Below, in pieces: positions 52,118 through 64,000 of a DNA stretch of 64,000 bases (position 1 is the stretch's first letter; each line of letters opens with the position of its first letter). Made by a program: the position numbers and the translations under genes. The notes under the pieces are model-generated. The model had not been told where the DNA came from, searched no databases, and worked only from the letters and a program-made list of their open reading frames with translations. Source of the DNA: Octopus vulgaris (taxonomy: Eukaryota); assembly GCA_951406725.2 (NCBI GenBank), contig OX597818.1:49104001-49168000 (forward strand), in the 5' to 3' direction.

Positions 52118-52910
52118 TATTTAAAAAAATTCTTTCAACCACTGAGTTAGAGGAAGGAGAGCAATACCTGTGATCTTCTGCAAGGCTCCCAAGACTGGTG
52201 GGAAAAGGAAGAAGATATTTTCAGATAGAGGAGACCTAGTGCAAATGCTTTCAATGGAGTGGACTCAGCTAAATACACAGCATGTGGAGGAGGATGAAGT
52301 GTTGTTGTCTACCCAAGTGATGGATTGAGCCAACCGCTGAATATTAGAATTGGTTTCCCTGATGGGTTTCCATAAATTTTACTCCCAAGCTTCTGGTTAC
52401 CTAAGGCTACAGTAGAAGACACTTACCTAAAGTATGGTGTAGTATGATTGAACCTTAGCTGAAATTTCACAATTAGGAAATGGTTGGCATTTGGAAGGGC
52501 ATTCAGCTGTAAAAATCATGCCAAACCTAACCTCACCTGTGCTAGTGCCATGCAAAAAGCATTGAGTCTGCTCTACAGAATGGTTGATGTTAAGAAGGGC
52601 ATCCAGCTGCAAAAACCCTGCCAAAACAGACACAGTAGCCTGGGGTAGTTTTCTACCTGGCCAGCTTCTGTCAAACCATCCTACCAATGTATGCATGGAA
52701 GATGGATGTTAAACAATGATGATGATCATCATCATCAACTATTTTGCCTATATGCCTGTGCACACCTTTCAATGCAATGTATTCCAGAAGGTCTGCAAAT
52801 CTAACAGAGGCCTCAAAAGACTTTCTAAGATCCGCAAAAACCAGAACTTAACTGCAGCTCTTGGTGGTCCAACTCTGCATAAGGAGTTGATAACCACTAT
52901 ATATATATAT

Positions 52911-53058
52911 ATTCTTTCTCTCCTTGTTTTTTTCTGTGTTCCTTTCTGTAGAAGAGCATAGGCTTGAAACATAAGACTTTTTCCATTCCTGAGCGTTATA
53001 CTAATACATCTGTTTGTTTTGTACACCACCTGTCTTCATATTTTGTTTTTATCGTAAA

Positions 53059-53129
<71 letters not shown>

Positions 53130-53290
53130 CTCTCCTTTATTCTCTCATTTTTCTGTGTCCCTTTCTGTAGAAGAGTGTAGGCTTGAAACGTAAAAGATTT
53201 TTCCCATTCCTGAGCGTTATACTAATACATCTGTTTGTTTTGTACACCACCTGTCTTCGTCTTTTGTTTTTTTTGTAAACTCTCTCTCTC
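52911..53290 (+). mobile_element. Head-to-tail tandem of a PLE-like hammerhead element, 219-bp period
   Basis: Motifs at 52942-52975 and 53161-53196 (CTTT-CTGTAGA-A-GAGY rtag GCTT-GAAA-CGTA-AAAG), separated by (TC)n(TA)n. Confidence 0.7.
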
Positions 53291-54079
53291 TATATATATA
53301 TTTGTATGTGTGAAGTAACAGTTTAGAAAAAAAAAAAACATTGGTTTCATATCTAACGTGAACTAGACATACCTTCAGTTTCTCTAAATGATAACTGTTC
53401 TCTACAAAGGATGTTTCTTTAAAACACAAGAACACTGGTGATAGTTCAAGAAATATTCCTCTTAAAAAATTATGGCTGGGCGAGTTGTCTTCCTTCTCTT
53501 GATAGCTAGGTTTTTCAATTTTGAAGTAAAAATTTCCGAAAAGAGAGAGAGAGAGAAAGAGAGATGTATATGTTTGTATTTCAGTTTTCCTATACTTTAA
53601 GTGCATTTCACTTTACTAAGATATCTGTAAATAGATATTAACTAAACTGTGTTTCAGCATTACTTCTAGACACTGTTCCGATATTATATTGTATCTTCTA
53701 AACCAGACTCTATTACAATGAAGCAGTAAAATTACCGTGGATTCTGATTTTATCTCTCCCACATCCCTTCTGAGCTCATGCAGGTGTTAAACAATGTGGT
53801 GGGGGTAGATTTGTATCAGGTGAAACATTTGTTGTTGTTGTTGTTGTTAGTAGTAGTAGTAGTGAATCTCTGGCTTGTTAGGCAAAATACTTAGCAGCAT
53901 TTTGTTTCTTCATGTTCTGGGTTTCTAATTTCACCCAGGTTGACTTTGCCTTTCATCCTGACAGGGTTGATAAATTAAGCACCAGTTGAGCACTGAGGTT
54001 GATGTAATCAATTTACCTCTCCCCCAAAATTGCTGGCCATGTGTCAAAATTTGATATCTATTATTATTATTATTATTAT

Positions 54080-54126
<47 letters not shown>

Positions 54127-54127
54127 A

Positions 54128-54344
54128 GGTGGTGAGCTGGCAGAATTGTTAGCACATTGGACAAAATGCTTAGCGGTATTTCACCTGTTGCTATGTTCTG
54201 AGTTTAAATGCTGCTAAGGTTGACTTTGCCTTTCATCCTTTCAGGGTGGATAAATTAAGTACCAGTGGAACACTGGGGTCAATGTAATTGACTAGTCTCA
54301 CCCATGAAATTTCGGGCCTTGTGCCTATAGTAGAAAGGATTATT

Positions 54345-54345
<1 letters not shown>
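54128..54345 (+). mobile_element. SINE family B (alternative tail)
   Basis: Head and central domain match. Confidence 0.8.
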
Positions 54346-54380
<35 letters not shown>

Positions 54381-54720
54381 ATTCTATGTTTGACTTTTGC
54401 TTTATGTCTGTACAAGTTGGCTCCAAGTCTCACCCAGAGACCTCAAGAGACAACAGGTTGGAAGTTCACGTTGTTGTTATGCCTAGTGTGCCATATATTT
54501 GTTTTTTTTTGGTGTTGTACTAGTGAATGTCTAATACATAAAAAAAAAAAAAAAGTTTGTTTTAAACCTTGGGATTACATAGAGAGTATTTTGCGTAGGA
54601 TATGAGCAGTTCCCATGAGCACTATCTTTTGAATTTCTGCCATTTTGGGGTTTCCTGGTATCTGAGTTAGGTAGCAATCAGTCCCTTTCGCTATCATTCC
54701 CAGGGCACCTATGACAACAG

Positions 54721-54724
<4 letters not shown>
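54381..54724 (-). mobile_element. R4/Dong-like LINE 3' end between trinucleotide tracts
   Basis: IPVVIGALGMI...EIQKIVLMGTAHILRKILSM* (stop 54575-54577), 3' UTR, (AAC)n/(AAT)n flanks. Confidence 0.85.
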
Positions 54725-54753
<29 letters not shown>

Positions 54754-55757
54754 GTAGTAGTAGTAGTAGTAGAGCAGCTGCTTTTAATGATATATTCTAA
54801 GCATTTTGTCTTATTAGTAGTAATATGCTATTAAGCACCAAGTCTGTCCTGATCAAGAGACTTATGATCAAAGCATTCCAGTTGTGACCACTCCATCTTA
54901 TCCTGTTTTTATCTTTTTACAAGCCAGTGTGTATACAATTACCTCATTCCCAAATATGCCTTTCTTTTTTTCTTTTAGATGAGAGTAAATTTCAAGTAAA
55001 TTTGCCTTCTATTTCTAGCAGCTTACGTGACTACATTGAAATTCCCTTGTTGGATCTAAAACTTACTACTGTTTGCTATGTGTGTGTGTGTTTATTCTCT
55101 TTTTCATGCCTTGGTACTGTATGGAATGTGGCTCTCGTAATTTATGTAAAGAACAACCAAGGATGATAGCTTTTGATGTACAAATGTTTTCGAGTTGTTT
55201 CTTGTTACTCTGCCACTTGTCTGGGACCGAACTGACTAGAAACAGGTGCAAAAACTTATTGACATTCATACACACACACAACACTAACATTTTTGCTAAT
55301 CCCTGGAAATGTCTTGATTCCAGTTAAAAAGACGAAATAGTTTGTTAGTGTCCAGCTTGAATTCTGTGAAGAAGAACTTAAATAAAGTTCAAAGAATGAT
55401 CAGCTGTGTGTTCATGGTTAAGTGGGAGCATGGTTAAGAAGCTCACTTTGGAACCACGTGGTTTTTAAGTTCAGTCCCACTGTACGGCTCCTTGGGCAAG
55501 TCTCTTCTGTTATAGCTCTGGCCTAACCAATGTCATGTGAGTGAACTTGGTAGAGAGGAGATATGTGCAAATCCATTGTTTTTCGTCATTTCTTCCCTCT
55601 TTCCTTTTAAAATGTAATGCCTCTCCCTGCCAATATATCAAGACCAAGACTCTACCTTCTTGATATTGCCAGTACTACAACAGAAAATGCAGCTGTGTTG
55701 ACCAGTGGAGAACCTAAACTGCTCTTAGAGAGAGAGAGAGAGTGGTAGATAGATAGA

Positions 55758-56523
55758 TACAATAATAACTATGTAATAGTATGGCATAATAACCTTTATA
55801 TATAAAAGTGAGGCTGTGTGCTGTCTGTCTCCTACGATTTAGATTCCTAACTACTCCCACATTTTGCGGTGCAGTTTAACCAAAACCGGGTATCTTATAG
55901 TCGTAATTCATATCGAGCCCTTCTGGGTATTAGCGCACGTCTACGATGAGTCTACGATTTAAAAAAAAATTTACCATCAAATTTTCCCATTTTTCATGCA
56001 TTTTTGGCATATATAAGGGAAGTAACTCTCCAAAAATTTATTATTAAATCTCAGAACGTAAAAAGCTACAGTAACACCCCCCCACTTTGTGGTTAGCCAT
56101 ATTGAGATGGCTATTATACTTTACATCTCTAAAAATGCTTATATAGTTATTTCCCTTACAAACCCAAGCAACGCCGGGTGATACTGCTAGTAATATATAT
56201 TCTCCGTTTTAAAGCGACATTTTATCTAAGCAATTGACTGAAAAATGAAGAGCTGACCCTAGCCAGAATTGAACCCACATATCACAGCTTACATGGCTTT
56301 CTCTCCATAACTTACAAAGCCTTTTGGGTTTGTTTACAAATATTATATGTAGTATTAGACAAAGTATATATTCGTAAAATTTGGCTGAAATTGATGGGTG
56401 AGCATTTGACTCAATAGGATGCTCATGGAGCCGTGTAAGCATTGATATGTGGGCTTGATTCTGGCTAGCTCATCATTTTTCAGTCAATTGCTTATATAAT
56501 ATGTCGCTTTAAATCAGAGAATA

Positions 56524-56556
<33 letters not shown>

Positions 56557-56645
56557 GTTATTATTGTACTAAGAGACTTACATAGTCGCTTTCTCTCCAT
56601 AACTTTCAAAGCTTTTTGGACTTGTTTACAAATATTATATGTAGT
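55758..56645. repeat. Inverted plus partial direct repeat element split by a Helitron
   Basis: Left arm 55758-55792 + 56191-56297 versus right arm ~56430-56568; direct repeat 56288-56353 / 56577-56645. Confidence 0.75.
55793..56190 (+). mobile_element. Non-autonomous Helitron
   Basis: cctttatatataaaag ... CCCAAGCAACGCCGGG, CTAG|T; homolog of 26094-26487. Confidence 0.85.
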
Positions 56646-56646
56646 G

Positions 56647-56706
<60 letters not shown>

Positions 56707-57935
56707 GTGTGTGTGTGTGTGTGTGTGTGTATAAAAATATGTGTGTGTTTATGTTACTGTCCCCTTAACTTGCCTTTGGATGATAGTTGTAAGCAAGTGT
56801 CATTATCATGCACATAATGACCTTTGCTTTTAGTCTTCTGTGAAAACCTGTCTGGTTATGGGGAAATATCTTAACTTGGAAATAGGTGAAGGTTGTTGGT
56901 ATCTGACTGTAGAAAACCTTCTTTGACAGATTCTGTCCAAGCCATGCACGCATGGAAAAGTGGATGTTAAAATTAATGATGATGAAGTAGCTAGGCATCA
57001 CACTCATGACTGGTATCAAATAAGAGTATGCTTCTCCCTTGTGAATTTACAAATATGTGTGAATTACACACCTATATGATAATGCTTTGTCATTAACTCA
57101 CCTGAGTTCCTCTGCCCTATTACATGATCTGCTCACCTGTGACTAAACTTACTATCCCACCAAGCCTGAGGAGTGTCACTTTGGACACCCTACCGGATGA
57201 AACATATATACATATGTTTATTTATATTTATATTTGTTTCCACGCTAGTAAATTTTTGTGTGAATATGAGAAGCTGTAAATATATGAAAAGTTTTGAATT
57301 ATATTTTTTTAAGACGTAATGTCAGTTGCATTAGCTTAGTGAAACCTTATCATTTCCTTTTTACCAACTGATATAATATCTTGCGTATGCTCATGCGAGT
57401 GTAAAACTGGCTGTAGTAGAGTATATTATTATTAGATATCATCATGTTATTTTGTTGTCCAGCCAGATAGCTTTCACTGGAAAGAAAACATAAACATATA
57501 TATTATTTATTTTTTCTGTTGAAGGAGTGTAACTCCTGGAAAACATTTCACTTCCTCATTAAATTAAGCTTGAAAGAAGGTCATTGGTGTTTATTTTTAA
57601 CCTTATTTACAAGATTTAATATTACAAAATGCCATTTCTCTAGAATTTGAAAAGGTCACTGAAATTTATTGCAATGTTTTTAACTATTTCAAGGTAGTGA
57701 GTTGGTGGAATCAGCTCACTCGGTAAAATGCTTAGTGGCATTTTGTCTGTCTTTACATTCTGAGTTCAAATTCTGCCATGGTTGACTTTGCTTTTTATCA
57801 TTTTGGGATCGATAAAATAAGTACCAGTTAAGTACTGGGGTCGATGTAATCAACTAGCTCCCTCCTTCGAAATTGCTGGCCTTGTGCCAAAATTTGAAAC
57901 CAATATTTTTAACTATTAAAATATTTCTATTTTAA

Positions 57936-58157
57936 CCCTTTAGTGTTTAAACCGGCCATATCCGGCCCAAATATTCTATATGTTTTATATTCAAACTGGC
58001 AATATCTAGCCTTTCACACCTAACCTACAATGCCATTCTAAAAATAAACAATCACATCATTAAAACCTCAAAGCTATAAGATAATGCTTGATTAATTCAA
58101 AACAATTTGAATTAAAAAAAATATTACATTTAACAGTGTAATCTGAACACTAAAGGG
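57936..58157. mobile_element. piggyBac-like MITE, 222 bp
   Basis: TTAA|CCCTTTAGTGTT...AACACTAAAGGG|TTAA. Confidence 0.88.
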
Positions 58158-58338
58158 TTAAAGCCTTTTGATTTATCAGTGTATCATTTCTAAGAATAAT
58201 TTATTTCGAAAAGAGTCATAAAATCCACCGGTATGGCTGTGTGGTTAAGAAGCTTGCTTTGCAACCACATGGTTTCAGGTTCAGTCCTACTGTACAGCAC
58301 CTTAGATAAGTGTCTCTTCTGTTATAGCTCTGACTGTA

Positions 58339-58571
58339 CCTATTTCTTTACTACCCATAAGGGGCTAAACACAGAGGGGACAAACAAGGACAGACAAACG
58401 GATTAAGTCGATTACATCGACTCCAGTGCGTAACTGGTACTTAATTTATCGACCCCGAAAGGATGAAAGGCAAAGTCGACCTCGGCGGAATTTGAACTCA
58501 GAATGTAACGACAGACAGAATACCGCTAAGCATTTCGCCCGGTGTGCTAACGATTCTGCCAGCTCGCCGCC
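58339..58571 (-). mobile_element. SINE family B
   Basis: Near-consensus reverse copy. Confidence 0.9.
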
Positions 58572-58738
58572 TTGTACCACTGCCTTGTAAATGAAGTTCC
58601 TACTTACCAAAACACAGCAAATTATGAGGGCATTAAGTTGCAGTAAATTAATTAACTGATTACTAAATGCACAGTAATAAGACACGTAACATTTTCGTGA
58701 TATTTAAAACTTCTATTCAAAATTTTAAAAAAATATAT

Positions 58739-59135
58739 AGGTGCAGTAGTGGCTGTGTGGTAAGTAGCTTACTTCCCAATCACATGGTTCTGGGTTCAAT
58801 CCCATTGTATGACACCTTGGGCAAGTGTTTTCTACTATCACTTCAGGCTGACCAAAGTCTTGTGAGTGGATTTGATAGATGGAAACTGAAAGAAGCCTGT
58901 CGTATATATGTACGTGTGTGTGTATGTCTTTGTGCGTCTGTTTGTCCCCCTACTGTCGCTTGACAACTGATGTTGGTGTGTTTATGTCCCCATAACTTAG
59001 CAGTTCAGCAAAAGAGACTGATAGAATAAGTACTAGGCTTACAAAGAAAAAGTCCTGGGGTTGATTTGTTTGACTAAAGGCGGTGCTCCAACATGGCCAC
59101 AGTCCAATTACTGAAACAAGTAAAAGAATAAAAGA
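58739..59135 (+). mobile_element. SINE family A
   Basis: Consensus match. Confidence 0.88.
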
Positions 59136-59570
59136 CTACCTTTTATCTTTTACTTATTTCAGTCATTAGACTGTGGCCATGCTGTAGCACTGCTCTGAAG
59201 AATTTTAGTGAAATGCATTGACTCCACTTCTTATTTTTTTTTTTAGTACTTATTCTATCAATCTCTTTTGCTGACCTGCTAAGTTATGGGGATGTAAACA
59301 CACCAGCACCATATCTTAATACTTTTGTCATTCAGATTTTTTGTCAAATGCTAACACATCTATATTTACATTGATTTGAAATAACCATGCGTTAATCATC
59401 CATTATTGTTTAATTTCTATGATGCCATTCTAAAAATAAGCAATTGCTAATTTATAGAATGACATTATAGAGTATGAATGAGAAGCCAGATCCATCCGGT
59501 TTAAACATAAAACAGGTAAAATTTGAGCTAAATATGGCTGGTTTGAATGCCAAAGGGTTAAATACAGAAA

Positions 59571-59765
59571 GTTAATCCAAACAAGAAAACACAACAATGC
59601 GAGGACGTGGAACAAATATAGTATTATTGGATGCTCAGGAAAGAAGGGAAGAAAGAGGGTTTAACGTTTCGAGCAGAGCTCTTCATCGGAAACATGGGAG
59701 AAGGAAAGATCCAGAGAAGGGAAGACAGAGGAAAAAAATCGCCAACGGTACACACGCGGTCACTA
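59571..59765 (-). mobile_element. PLE-like hammerhead element (motif at 59659-59693)
   Basis: Minus strand GTTT-CCGATGA-A-GAGC tct GCTC-GAAA-CGTT-AAAC. Confidence 0.7.
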
Positions 59766-60678
59766 CATTGCATTACGTAGCCCTTGATACTCATAAAAAA
59801 CAAGATGATCATGGTTGAAATGCCTTTGGCTATTAGTCTGGTGAAACAAAACTGACCTTGGGTTAAACTAAAATAATTACTCTCTGTAGAAAAGTAAAAT
59901 ATTTTACAGTGTAAAGTAGTAATTAATTAAATATACTTTATACAGACATTCCTTAATTTGCAAGAGATTGAAAAAAATTAAAATAAAACTGAAGAAAAAC
60001 TTTTAAAAAGTGTATTTGCAAATCTTTATTTTTTTCTTTTATTAGCAGTTCCAGTTTCTTAACGAGCATATGGAATTTATTAGCATTAACTGTTGACGTA
60101 GTTTCTGAAAGTTTATTAAGCTACCAGTTTTAATAATCTTCTAATGTTTCACCAATAGTTGCCATCTAGTAGGGAAAAATTAATTACTATGTCAATTTTC
60201 CAAAATTCTTCAGACAGTTGCTCTATGTTTGCGTATCATTTATCTTATAATCTCATCTGAAATTGTTTAGTTCATTCCAATCCACTCTGATATCGTCAAA
60301 TCACAAATATGACTGTGTTTTTTGAAAAGCTGTTAAGAATATTACTTTCTCCATTTTAGTTTATGATTTAATCTCCAGATTATTTTTAATTGGATTTCAA
60401 AAACGAACAAGTAAACAGACAGACTAATGGATGCAGGCATGGCTGTGTGGGAAAAAAGCGTGCTTCCCAACCACAGGGTTCTGGGTTGAATGCCATTGGG
60501 TCGACCTTGGTGCTTGTGTCTTCTACTGTAACCTGAGTGGATTTGGTAGACAGAAACCAAAAGAAGCCTATTATGTATATTTGTGTATTTGTGTCTGTGT
60601 GTGTGTGTGTGTGTCTTTGTGTCTGTGTTTGTCCCCCCATCACTGCTTGACAACTGGTGTTGGTATGTTTATGTCCCC

Positions 60679-60970
60679 AGTAATTGGCGGGGGGGATGAT
60701 TCATGATGTCCTCCTTCCATCTGCACTTCTCAACTGGCACAAACACACGGTCAGGCAGCTGAAGACCCGGGCAACGATGGTAAAGGAGGACCTCTCCAAA
60801 CTCTCAGGTCCGCAGTTGGTCGGTCTGCGCAGATGGAACCGCAAATGGCTCACTATCTCCAGTGACGTCGTACAGGACCGTCGAGTGTGGGCTGCCATGG
60901 TTCGTGATGCTGTCAGGACCAAAGAAGAAACCGGCTCAAGCTGCCCTGGGTGAATGCAAGTCAAATACAA
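60679..60970 (+). mobile_element. RTE 3' end inserted in SINE A (60428-61130) with 12-bp TSD
   Basis: QLKTRATMVKEDL..LSGP..VGLRRW...QDRRVWAAMVRD...GSSCPG*; TSD gtttatgtcccc (60667-60678, 60971-60982). Confidence 0.85.
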
Positions 60971-61169
60971 GTTTATGTCCCCGTAACTTAGCAGTTTGGC
61001 AAAAAGAGACTGATAGAATAAGCACCAGGCTTGACAAAAAGTAAGTACTGGGGTTGATTCATTTGACTAAAGGGGATTCTTCGAGGTGGTGCCCTCAGCA
61101 TGGCCACAGTCTGATACAAGTAAAAGATAAATGATATTAACCGTCTTCAAAATGAGGCAATGTGGGGCT

Positions 61170-61537
61170 TTCAGGTGCACCACAACTTGTCAAAAGTGTG
61201 TATCAAGCATATGCAGTAATGTACAAATGTCTGGAAAGTGAACAGTGTATGAGTCAGATATATGCTTGCGTGTGTATGAAGGGGAGAAAATCAGGTGTAG
61301 TGTTGGCGAATCTCAGGAAGCATGGAAGTTTTGAAGGATGCAGTACTCCGACAACTAACAACAGAAGCCGGCAGTTTGTTCCATGCTTCAGCAACTCTCA
61401 GCGTGAAAAAATGTTTCCGAAAATCATGGGAGCTGTGCTGTTTTCTGACTTTGTAAACATGTCCACAGGTGTTAGACAGGTGGAGTTTGAAAAGGTGGTC
61501 AGAGTTATTGTTTGTAAGATGGTTAATAATTTTCATG
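61170..61537 (-). mobile_element. CR1-clade LINE 3' end (family of 24329-25029)
   Basis: KIINHLTNNNSDHLFKLHLSNTCGHVYKVRKQ...WNKLP. Confidence 0.92.
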
Positions 61538-61687
61538 CTACTATTTGTAAAGGGTGTGTACATTGGTTAATGTAGTTCTAAATATATTATGTCTGGAAAA
61601 ATTTATAAGATGGTCTCAGCTGGAATGCCTTTGTGATCATACGTTTGCTTGGTTAAGGATCATCTAAAAGGTAAACAACAACAATTC

Positions 61688-62080
61688 ATCATCATTGTTT
61701 AATGTCCGTTTTCCATGCTAGCATGGGTTGGACGAACGACTGAGGGCTGGTGAACCAGATGGTTGCACCAGGCTCCAATCTTGATCTAGCAGAGTTTCTA
61801 CAGCTGGATGCCCTTCCTAACGCCAACCACTCCGAGAGTGTAGTGGGTGCTTTTTATGTGCCACCGGCACAGGGGCTAGTCAGGCGATACTGGCAACGAC
61901 CTCGCTCAAATCTTTTTACACATGCCACCAGCACAGGTGCCAGTAAGGTGACGTTGGTAATGATCACACTCGAATGGTGCCTTTTATGTGCCACTGGCAC
62001 GGAAGCTGGTTAGCCCCTCTGTCGACAATCACGCTCATATGGTGCTCTTTGCACCCTGCTGGTATGGATGCCAGTCATCA
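61688..62080 (-). mobile_element. RTE 3'-tail element
   Basis: Reverse-complement tail. Confidence 0.85.
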
Positions 62081-62171
62081 AATATGTAAATCATTTTGTG
62101 TAATTTCTGGAAGTCACCCATACTCAGTGTGCCATATGAGTCAAACCCTTTTTGATACTAATCCACTTGGA

Positions 62172-62573
62172 ACTCTTACTCTTTACTCTTTTAATCGTTT
62201 CAGTCATTTGACTGCAGCCATGCTGGAGCACCGCTTTTAGTCGAGCAAATCGACCCCAGGACTTATTCTTTGTAAGCCTAGTATTTATTTTATCGGTCTC
62301 TTTTGCCGAACCACTAAGTTACAGGGATGTAAACACACAAGCATTGGTTGTCAAGCGATGTTGGGGGAAACAAACACAGACATACACACACATTTATATA
62401 TACACATATATACGATGGGCTTCTTTCAGTTTCCGTCTACCAAATTCACTCACAAGGCTTTGGTCAGCCCGAGGCTATAATAGAAGACGCTTGCCCAAGG
62501 TGCCATACAGTAGGACTGAACCCGGAACCATGTGGTTGGTAAGCAAGCTACTTACCACACAGCCACTCCTGCA
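62172..62573 (-). mobile_element. SINE family A
   Basis: Consensus match. Confidence 0.9.
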
Positions 62574-63099
62574 CAACATCATGCAATGACTTGCTAAAAT
62601 TTCATGTTTATTAAACTGGTAATTCCTCAAATTTCTTTCACCAGAAATATATCTTGATTCCAATAGTATGATAAGCTTAGCTTTAGTATCAATACTTTGT
62701 CATGGTAGCAAAATCTCAGTACTTCCAGTAAACTAATTGCTTGAAGTTGTCTATGCCAGTTCGCTTGGTGTGTTTATATTGTTGATTCCGTTATCCCACT
62801 TAATCCCCCCCACTCCAGTTCAGATTAGAATTTTGGGAAAATTATTTGTTCAGTATCTGAGATAGGTTAAGGACAGAAGTCAGGAATGTCTCCATTGGTC
62901 AACACTGGAAATATTACTGCTGAGAAAAGGAAATATCCTGAAAGATTTGATTTTGTTTTCTTTATTTTGCTCCAGTATTGCCATTTTATGTTTGCTATCT
63001 CTTATTTTTTTTTTTCAATCTATTTATTTGTTTCAGTCACTAGACTTTGGCCATGCTGGGGCACCACTCAAAGAATTTTAGTTGAACTGTCGACATGCT

Positions 63100-63298
63100 T
63101 TTTTACTCATTTACTTGTTTCAGTCATTTGATTGTGGCCATGCTGGAGCACTGCCTTTAGTTGAGCAAATCGACCCCAGGACTTATTTTTTGTAAGCCTA
63201 GTACTTATTCTATCGGTCTCTTTTACCGAACCGCTAAATTATGGGGATGTAAACACACCAGCATCAGTTGTCAAGCGATGTTGAGGGGACAAACACAG

Positions 63299-63334
<36 letters not shown>

Positions 63335-63500
63335 GTATATACGATGGGCTTCTTTCAGTTTCCGTCTACCAAATCCACTCACAAGGCTTTGGTGGACCCG
63401 AGGCTATAGTAGAAGACACTTGCCCAAGGTGCCACACAGTGGGACTGAACCTGGAGCCATGTGGTTGGTAAGCAAACTACTTACCACACAGCCACTCCTA
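63100..63500 (-). mobile_element. SINE family A (older copy follows at ~63590-63915)
   Basis: Consensus match. Confidence 0.9.
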
Positions 63501-64000
63501 TTGTACTTTTTTTTTCTAGTTTTTTCTAGTGGTCTTTTGTTACTGATCTGCTAAATTACAGTACTTCTTGACAACCAGTATTGGTATGTCCCCCACCACT
63601 TCTTGACAACAGGTATTGTTATGTTTACCAATGCTGGTTGTCAAGAAGTGGTGGAGGATAAACACACATACACACCCAGAGGCACACATACTCACAGAAG
63701 CACACACACACACACATACACACAGAAGTGCACACACACACACACACACACACACTGGGCTTCTTTCAGTTGCGGTTTGCCATTTCCACTCAAAAGGCTT
63801 TGATCAGACCAAGGCTGTACTTGAAGACACTTGCCCAAGGTGTCATACAGCGGGATTGAACCCGAACCAGCTGGCTGGGAAGCAAATTTCATACCACACA
63901 GCCACACCTGTACCTGTATTGATATGATTTTTAAATAAGTTAGTCAAAGGAAGAAGGTTAATGCAAATGGCCACAGATCCTCTCATACTGTAGGAATGAT

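Noticed and set aside
57160-57205. CTGAGGA-GTGTC..GACAC...GAAAC hammerhead-like string
   Set aside because: Ten extra nt before GAAA, no stem I partner or cleavage triplet; single copy

Overview
AT-rich, repeat-saturated animal genomic DNA. The SINE/LINE repertoire and microsatellite density suggest a mollusc, probably an octopus; this is inference, not verified. I see no intact long protein-coding gene: the longer ORFs are transposon remnants or microsatellite read-through. Content: two abundant tRNA-derived SINE families plus a third single SINE, RTE, CR1 and RLE-type (HERO-like, R4/Dong-like) LINE fragments, one decayed Tc1 transposon with TIRs, several non-autonomous Helitrons, hAT- and piggyBac-type MITEs, and a few small candidate exons. 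The most notable signal is about 13 minimal type-I hammerhead-ribozyme motifs in six families of short elements. Most are arranged as palindromes, inverted repeats or tandems, several sit in (TA)n tracts, and the architecture is Penelope-like (pLTR/retrozyme). They include a family with a compensatory U3-A8 core and one with a CUGUNGA core. Coordinates were counted by eye; repeat boundaries may be off by a few bases.
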